DNA of 20,000 nucleotides, taken from an uncultured virus (IMG/VR IMGVR_UViG_3300026196_000001) (taxonomy: Duplodnaviria > Heunggongvirae > Uroviricota > Caudoviricetes). The notes beneath the pieces were generated by a model, which ran no database searches, had not been told where the DNA came from, and worked only from the letters and a program-made list of their open reading frames with translations. The stretch lies in the IMG/VR virus record IMGVR_UViG_3300026196_000001. One strand, given 5' to 3'. The position numbers and the translations under genes are program-made. Within the stretch, counting starts at the first letter, position 1. Every line of letters begins with the position of its first letter. Positions 16,159 through 20,000 of the stretch are shown piece by piece.

Positions 16159-16370
16159 GATGCCAAGGCCGCCAGTTGCCGGGTGAAGTCGCTTCGGATC
16201 ACCGAGACGTCGAACGCCTGGGCGAAGGTCTTCCGCTCGTAGCGCTCGGCGAACTGGAGTTGCGCCTCTGCAATGTGCAGCTGGTGGAACTTGCCTTCGC
16301 GGGTTTTGGCCCTTCTGGCCCGAGTGAGAGATGCTTGCGCCCGATCTGTGAATGTGAGTGTGTTTTCCAT
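16155..16370 (-). CDS. Hypothetical basic helical protein (71 aa, MENTLTFTDRAQ...), first gene of the leftward operon
   Basis: The ATG at 16370 lies just after a -10-like TATGCT. Its stop is coupled to the next gene. Confidence 0.62.
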   Translation of the reverse strand: MENTLTFTDRAQASLTRARRAKTREGKFHQLHIAEAQLQFAERYERKTFAQAFDVSVIRSDFTRQLAALAS

Positions 16371-16463
16371 GATGCCCAAGCATACCCTCTTCTCTGGCGT
16401 GTGGGGAGAAAATATTTCCCAGAAAATGTGCTCCACGGACCTGAGAGGGTGGTAGGCTATGTC
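16371..16463. promoter_or_regulatory. Divergent promoter region
   Basis: 93-bp gap between back-to-back operons. Rightward TGG-TAGGCT (-10 at 16453-16458), leftward TATGCT (16384-16379), and an AT-rich core AGAAAATATTTCCCAGAAAATG. Confidence 0.6.
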
Positions 16464-17936
16464 ATGCCGAGATTCAAGACGAAGCCTTTCGACCACCAGC
16501 TGAAAGAGGTGGATGAGCACTGGAACACCCCGAAACGCTGCCTGTGGTGGGAACAGGGGACGGGGAAGACCAAGGCAGTGATCGACACCGCTGCGGCCCT
16601 CTACCGTGCAGGGAAGATCGACGCCATGTTCATCATCGCTCCGGGCGGAGTCCACGACAACTGGATCCTTGACGAAATCCCCCTACACATGCCGGACGAC
16701 ATTCCGGTCATGCTGCACGCGTTCCAGACGAAGAAGATGCGCACGAAGCGGTTCCAGACATATGCTCCCTCCCTCCTGGAGTTCGAGGGGATGCCGATCC
16801 TGGCCATGTCGTTCGACTCCATCATGACGCAGCGGAAGCGTGGGGCCAAAATCAAGTATCTCGGCGCGGAGTATGCAAAGGCCTTCCTCACCCAGCGCCG
16901 CTGCCTGTTCGTCGTGGACGAGGGCACCTACATCAAGACCCCGGGAGCGCAGGTTACGAAGCGGCTGATGGCTGCATCGCGGTATGCGGACTACCGCCGA
17001 CTCCTGAACGGAACGCCGGTGATCGACTCGCCGATGCACGCCTACTCCCAGATCAAGTGGGCCAACCCCGACGTCTGGCTGTCGATCGGCGTCAACTCGT
17101 TCGCGATCTACAAGGTCATGTTCGGCCTCTGGCAGAACCAGCAGCTGGCTGGCGGCCGGAGCTTCCCGAAGCTGCTCCGCTACCGCAACCTCAAGCTGCT
17201 CGGCGAGAAGATGGATGAGGTGGGCTCGCGCGTGCGCAAGGACGAAGTCCTCGACCTGCCGCCGAAGGTCTACCAGCGTGTCTACTACGACCTGAGTCCG
17301 CGACAGCGCAAGGTCTACGACGAGTTCCAGAAGCACCTGGAAGTGGACCTCGGGAATGATGAGCTGCTGACCGCCGACATGGCAATCGTCCGCGACCTCC
17401 GCCTCCAGCAGATCACCAGCGGGTTCGCACCCACCGATGACGGCGGTCCCGACAACCTAGTGACGATCGGCCCAGACGCTCCTCGCCTCAAGGCGCTGGA
17501 GGGTGTCATCGAGCGCACCGAAGGCTCCGCCATCATCTGGGCGAAGTTCAAGGAGGAGAAGGCCAACATCGCCGCGCTGCTCGACAAGATGGGGGAGACC
17601 TACACGGTCTACAGCTCGGGCAACCGCGTCAAGTCCAAGGAGGACTTCCAGTCGGGCAAGGTCCGATTCTTCATCGCGAACCAGTCCAGCGGGGCCGCCC
17701 GCGGAATCACCTTGACTCGTGCCACGACCGTCATATACTACTCGAACACGTTCTCCCTCGACGACCGCGCCCAGAGCGAAGATCGGGCGCATCGGAGTGG
17801 GCAAACAAAAACCGTGGTCTACATCGACATCATCGCTCGCGACACTGTAGACTTGAAGATAGTGAGCGCCCTGCGCAGCAAGCAGGACATCAACAACACA
17901 GTCACTGGAGACAGTGGGAGGATTCTGGATGAGTGA
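16464..17936 (+). CDS. SNF2-like superfamily 2 DNA helicase
   Basis: 490 aa from MPRFKTKPFDHQ. Motif I 'EQGTGKT', II 'VVDEGT', III 'LNGTP', 'RLQQITSGF', V 'RGITLT', VI 'QSEDRAHRSGQ'. Confidence 0.93.
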   Translation: MPRFKTKPFDHQLKEVDEHWNTPKRCLWWEQGTGKTKAVIDTAAALYRAGKIDAMFIIAPGGVHDNWILDEIPLHMPDDIPVMLHAFQTKKMRTKRFQTYAPSLLEFEGMPILAMSFDSIMTQRKRGAKIKYLGAEYAKAFLTQRRCLFVVDEGTYIKTPGAQVTKRLMAASRYADYRRLLNGTPVIDSPMHAYSQIKWANPDVWLSIGVNSFAIYKVMFGLWQNQQLAGGRSFPKLLRYRNLKLLGEKMDEVGSRVRKDEVLDLPPKVYQRVYYDLSPRQRKVYDEFQKHLEVDLGNDELLTADMAIVRDLRLQQITSGFAPTDDGGPDNLVTIGPDAPRLKALEGVIERTEGSAIIWAKFKEEKANIAALLDKMGETYTVYSSGNRVKSKEDFQSGKVRFFIANQSSGAARGITLTRATTVIYYSNTFSLDDRAQSEDRAHRSGQTKTVVYIDIIARDTVDLKIVSALRSKQDINNTVTGDSGRILDE

Positions 17937-18474
17937 AGAAGCCACAGCTGGCGGCGAGCTGACCAAAATCGCCGAGATGGGAGAGGCCCTATTCAGGGCC
18001 CAGGAAGCAGTAAACCTGAAAAGGGCGGAACTGAAGAAGGCGGAGCGCGTCCTGGCACAGCTCCAGGAGGTCGACATCCCGGAATACATGACCGAGATCG
18101 GCCTCACGAAGTTCGAGACCAACGACGTCTCTGTCGAGATCAAGGAGTCCATCCAGGTGTCGCCGCTGAAGGCCAACCGACCGAAGGTCATGCAGGTCGT
18201 CACCGACGCCGGGGACGCCAACCTGATCAAGGACACTATCTCGTTCATGTTCACCCGTGGACAGCACGAGGAGGCCGACGAGTTCTACACGCAGGCCATC
18301 GAGAAGGGCCAAGCCCCCAAGCGCGAACAGAAGATCGAGTCGGCCACCCTCCGGGCCTACGTGATCAACAAGCTCAAGAACGGAGAGGAGGTCGACGTGG
18401 ATCTCTTCGGCGTGCGGACGCTGAAGAAGGCGGTCTTCGTCAAGGGAGCACCGATCGAACCGGTGTTCGAGTAG
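17929..18474 (+). CDS. Conserved phage replication-module protein of unknown function (181 aa)
   Basis: N-terminal coiled coil, 'IPEYMTEIGL', 'NLIKDTISFMF.RG' and 'TLRAYV...GEEVDVDLFGV'. I recognise this pattern from proteins encoded between SNF2 helicase and SSB-like genes. Confidence 0.75.
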   Translation: MSEEATAGGELTKIAEMGEALFRAQEAVNLKRAELKKAERVLAQLQEVDIPEYMTEIGLTKFETNDVSVEIKESIQVSPLKANRPKVMQVVTDAGDANLIKDTISFMFTRGQHEEADEFYTQAIEKGQAPKREQKIESATLRAYVINKLKNGEEVDVDLFGVRTLKKAVFVKGAPIEPVFE

Positions 18475-18493
18475 GGGTCACCCCTACATTTGT
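18471..18493 (+). terminator. Possible weak intrinsic terminator
   Basis: Perfect stem GTAGGGG-TCA-CCCCTAC overlapping the stop codon, followed by ATTTGT. Confidence 0.45.
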
Positions 18494-18527
18494 CTGTTAG
18501 TTCACAGCGTGAGTCGAGAAGCTAACC

Positions 18528-18639
18528 GGCGCGTCGGGCGTCGTTCACGCACCCGACAGCCCCACCCCCACTGCCGACGCGTCTGCACTTCCGGGTGGGT
18601 TTGAAATCAACCAGATCAACCCAAGAGAGGACGACAACT
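18528..18639 (+). promoter_or_regulatory. Candidate structured 5' leader (pseudoknot-capable) of the SSB-like gene
   Basis: Crossing stems 18528-18537/18574-18583 and 18561-18567/18593-18599, then an A/C-rich spacer and GAGG Shine-Dalgarno. Confidence 0.4.
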
Positions 18640-19458
18640 ATGAGCAACGAGAACGAGCTGGCCAAGGCCGAGCAGAACACTTCCCTGGCGAACCTTCCGG
18701 ACTTCGGGACGGACGCTGGTGTCGGCAACGACATCACGATGGACGACCTCAAGATCCCCTTCCTCACCCTCCTCCAGGCGCTCAGCCCGGCGGTGCAGAA
18801 GGGCGGCGAGGGCTACGTCAAGGGTGCCGAGCCCGGCATGATCCTCAACAAGGCCACCGAGGAGCTGTTCTCGGCCGAGAAGGGCATCAAGCTCGTCCTG
18901 GCCACCAGGAACCGCTCCTTCGTCGAGTGGAGGCCGGATCGCGGCGGCTTCGCCGGTGAGCACGCACCGCTGTCCAAGATCGTCAAGGACGCCCAAGCGA
19001 ACGCGGTCGAGCGCAACCAGCTGTTCACCGACGACGGCAACACCCTCGAAGAGACGTTCAGCCTCTACGCCATCCACGTGTCCGAGGACAACACCCCACT
19101 GGGCTACGTCGTGATCCCCTTCACCTCGACGAAGATCAAGGCGTGGAGGAACTACTTCACCAAGCTCGACACCGCCCGCGTGGGCGATCGCAAGCTGACC
19201 GACGTCGCCCCGCTGTTCGCGATGTCCGTGCGCCTGACCTCCAAGAACGAGGTCAACAAGAAGGGCCAGCCCTACAGCAACTACGTTCTCCAGCCCGCCG
19301 TCAACGGCTCGGTCATCGAGAGCGTTATCTCCCCCGACAGCCCCGCCTACGAGAGCGCCAAGGCGCTGCGCGAGGCCATCGAGCAGGGTCGCGCCAAGGC
19401 CGACTACGACAGTCACGACAAGGCTACCGGCGCAGACGAGGTCGACGAGAACTTCTAG
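18640..19458 (+). CDS. Putative single-stranded DNA-binding protein (272 aa)
   Basis: 'DDLKIPFLTLLQALSP...YVKGAEPGMILN...FVEWRP...DGNTLEET...STKIK' family pattern. The acidic tail ends in Phe (DEVDENF) like T7 gp2.5. It lies in the replication module, with GAGAGG before the ATG at 18640. Confidence 0.7.
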   Translation: MSNENELAKAEQNTSLANLPDFGTDAGVGNDITMDDLKIPFLTLLQALSPAVQKGGEGYVKGAEPGMILNKATEELFSAEKGIKLVLATRNRSFVEWRPDRGGFAGEHAPLSKIVKDAQANAVERNQLFTDDGNTLEETFSLYAIHVSEDNTPLGYVVIPFTSTKIKAWRNYFTKLDTARVGDRKLTDVAPLFAMSVRLTSKNEVNKKGQPYSNYVLQPAVNGSVIESVISPDSPAYESAKALREAIEQGRAKADYDSHDKATGADEVDENF

Positions 19459-19460
19459 TC

Positions 19461-19571
19461 GGAATAGCTGCGGCCTCGCCGCAGAAGAGGTGGAATGTGC
19501 AACCTTCGCGACCTCATCCTTTGTTCGCGTCATGTTGGCGCAACAACAGACAGAAAGACAAGGAGAAAGAT
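19461..19571 (+). promoter_or_regulatory. Candidate structured leader: three hairpins plus a NAGA-periodic purine tract
   Basis: Stems 19468-74/19478-84, 19487-91/19511-15 and 19521-32/19536-46, then CAGA CAGA AAGA CAAG GAGA AAGA T ATG. Confidence 0.4.
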
Positions 19572-19805
19572 ATGTTCGTGAAAATCATCAGAGGCTCACA
19601 TGAGCAAGTCATCGAGTGCACCGCGGTCAGCATCGACTCGTCTCGATGTAAGAAGGAGAACAAGTTCATGCTCTTCATCGAGGGCCTCAACCGTCGAGTG
19701 GTCAACCACGAGATCGACAAGACAGTCCCCGAGGCGTTGGGGGTCTATCTCATGAACAGCAAGGGCCAGACCATCGACACCGTCTTCAGCAAGCAACCCG
19801 ACTGA
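19572..19805 (+). CDS. Small phage protein with a C-terminal 'YLMNxxGxTID' motif (77 aa)
   Basis: AAGGAG upstream. MFVKIIRG...VYLMNSKGQTIDTV. TGATG coupling to the next gene. Confidence 0.75.
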   Translation: MFVKIIRGSHEQVIECTAVSIDSSRCKKENKFMLFIEGLNRRVVNHEIDKTVPEALGVYLMNSKGQTIDTVFSKQPD

Positions 19806-20000
19806 TGACTCAACTACACGCCCAGCAGCAGGACGCGTTTGACAAGGTGCGCGCCTGGATCGACGGGGGATGCCCTGGCGAGTGCTTCAGGCTCTTCGGC
19901 TATGCCGGGACCGGGAAGTCCACGATCGCCAAGCTCTTCCCGACGATCGCACCTGGGCGGGTGCTTTATGCTGCCTACACCGGCAAGGCCGCTCACGTGC
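19805..20000 (+). CDS. RecD/Dda-like superfamily 1B helicase (3'-truncated; absent from the ORF track)
   Basis: Translates as MTQLHAQQQDAFDKVRAW...FRLFGYAGTGKSTIAK...VLYAAYTGKAAHV, with Q motif, Walker A and motif Ia. Confidence 0.9.
   Translation, partial: MTQLHAQQQDAFDKVRAWIDGGCPGECFRLFGYAGTGKSTIAKLFPTIAPGRVLYAAYTGKAAHV

Noticed and set aside
16131..16463. N-terminal extension of the helicase to 601 aa
   Set aside because: It overlaps the leftward gene and promoter region. Helicase-like sequence begins at MPRFKTKPFDHQ (16464).
18495..18610. Self-cleaving ribozyme (HDV/theta, twister, hammerhead) or tRNA in the intergenic gaps
   Set aside because: The required cores (HDV L3 plus P1.1 GG, twister UAA/CAAGC, hammerhead CUGAnGA/GAAA, tRNA TTCGA loop in a cloverleaf) were not found by eye here or at 19459-19571.
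1..20000. Genome-wide stop-codon reassignment, CRISPR array, or diversity-generating retroelement
   Set aside because: Genes are full length in the standard code and use all three stops. No repeat-spacer array, reverse transcriptase or TR/VR pair was seen.

Overview
This window is a GC-rich, gene-dense fragment of a tailed dsDNA phage or prophage with a long non-contractile (siphovirus-type) tail. It has three parts. (1) 1-14232, + strand, tail morphogenesis: tail tube protein, a tail assembly chaperone pair made by a -1 frameshift that the ORF track misses, tape measure protein, two paralogous virion proteins, a Dit-like protein, a DUF2163/BR0599 hub, a large central tail protein and a holin-like membrane protein. 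Two unrelated free-standing HNH/EndoVII nuclease genes and one orphan ORF are inserted in this operon. (2) 14286-16370, - strand: eight small, mostly translationally coupled genes, including a Mesh1/SpoT-type HD hydrolase. (3) 16464-20000, + strand, replication: SNF2-like helicase, a conserved phage protein, a putative SSB, a small 'YLMNxxGxT' protein and a RecD/Dda-like helicase. The least explained signals are in three non-coding gaps: a mirror-symmetric divergent promoter region, a pseudoknot-capable leader before the SSB, and three hairpins plus a 4-nt-periodic NAGA tract before the 77-aa gene. All calls come from reading motifs by eye. No searches or folding computations were run.
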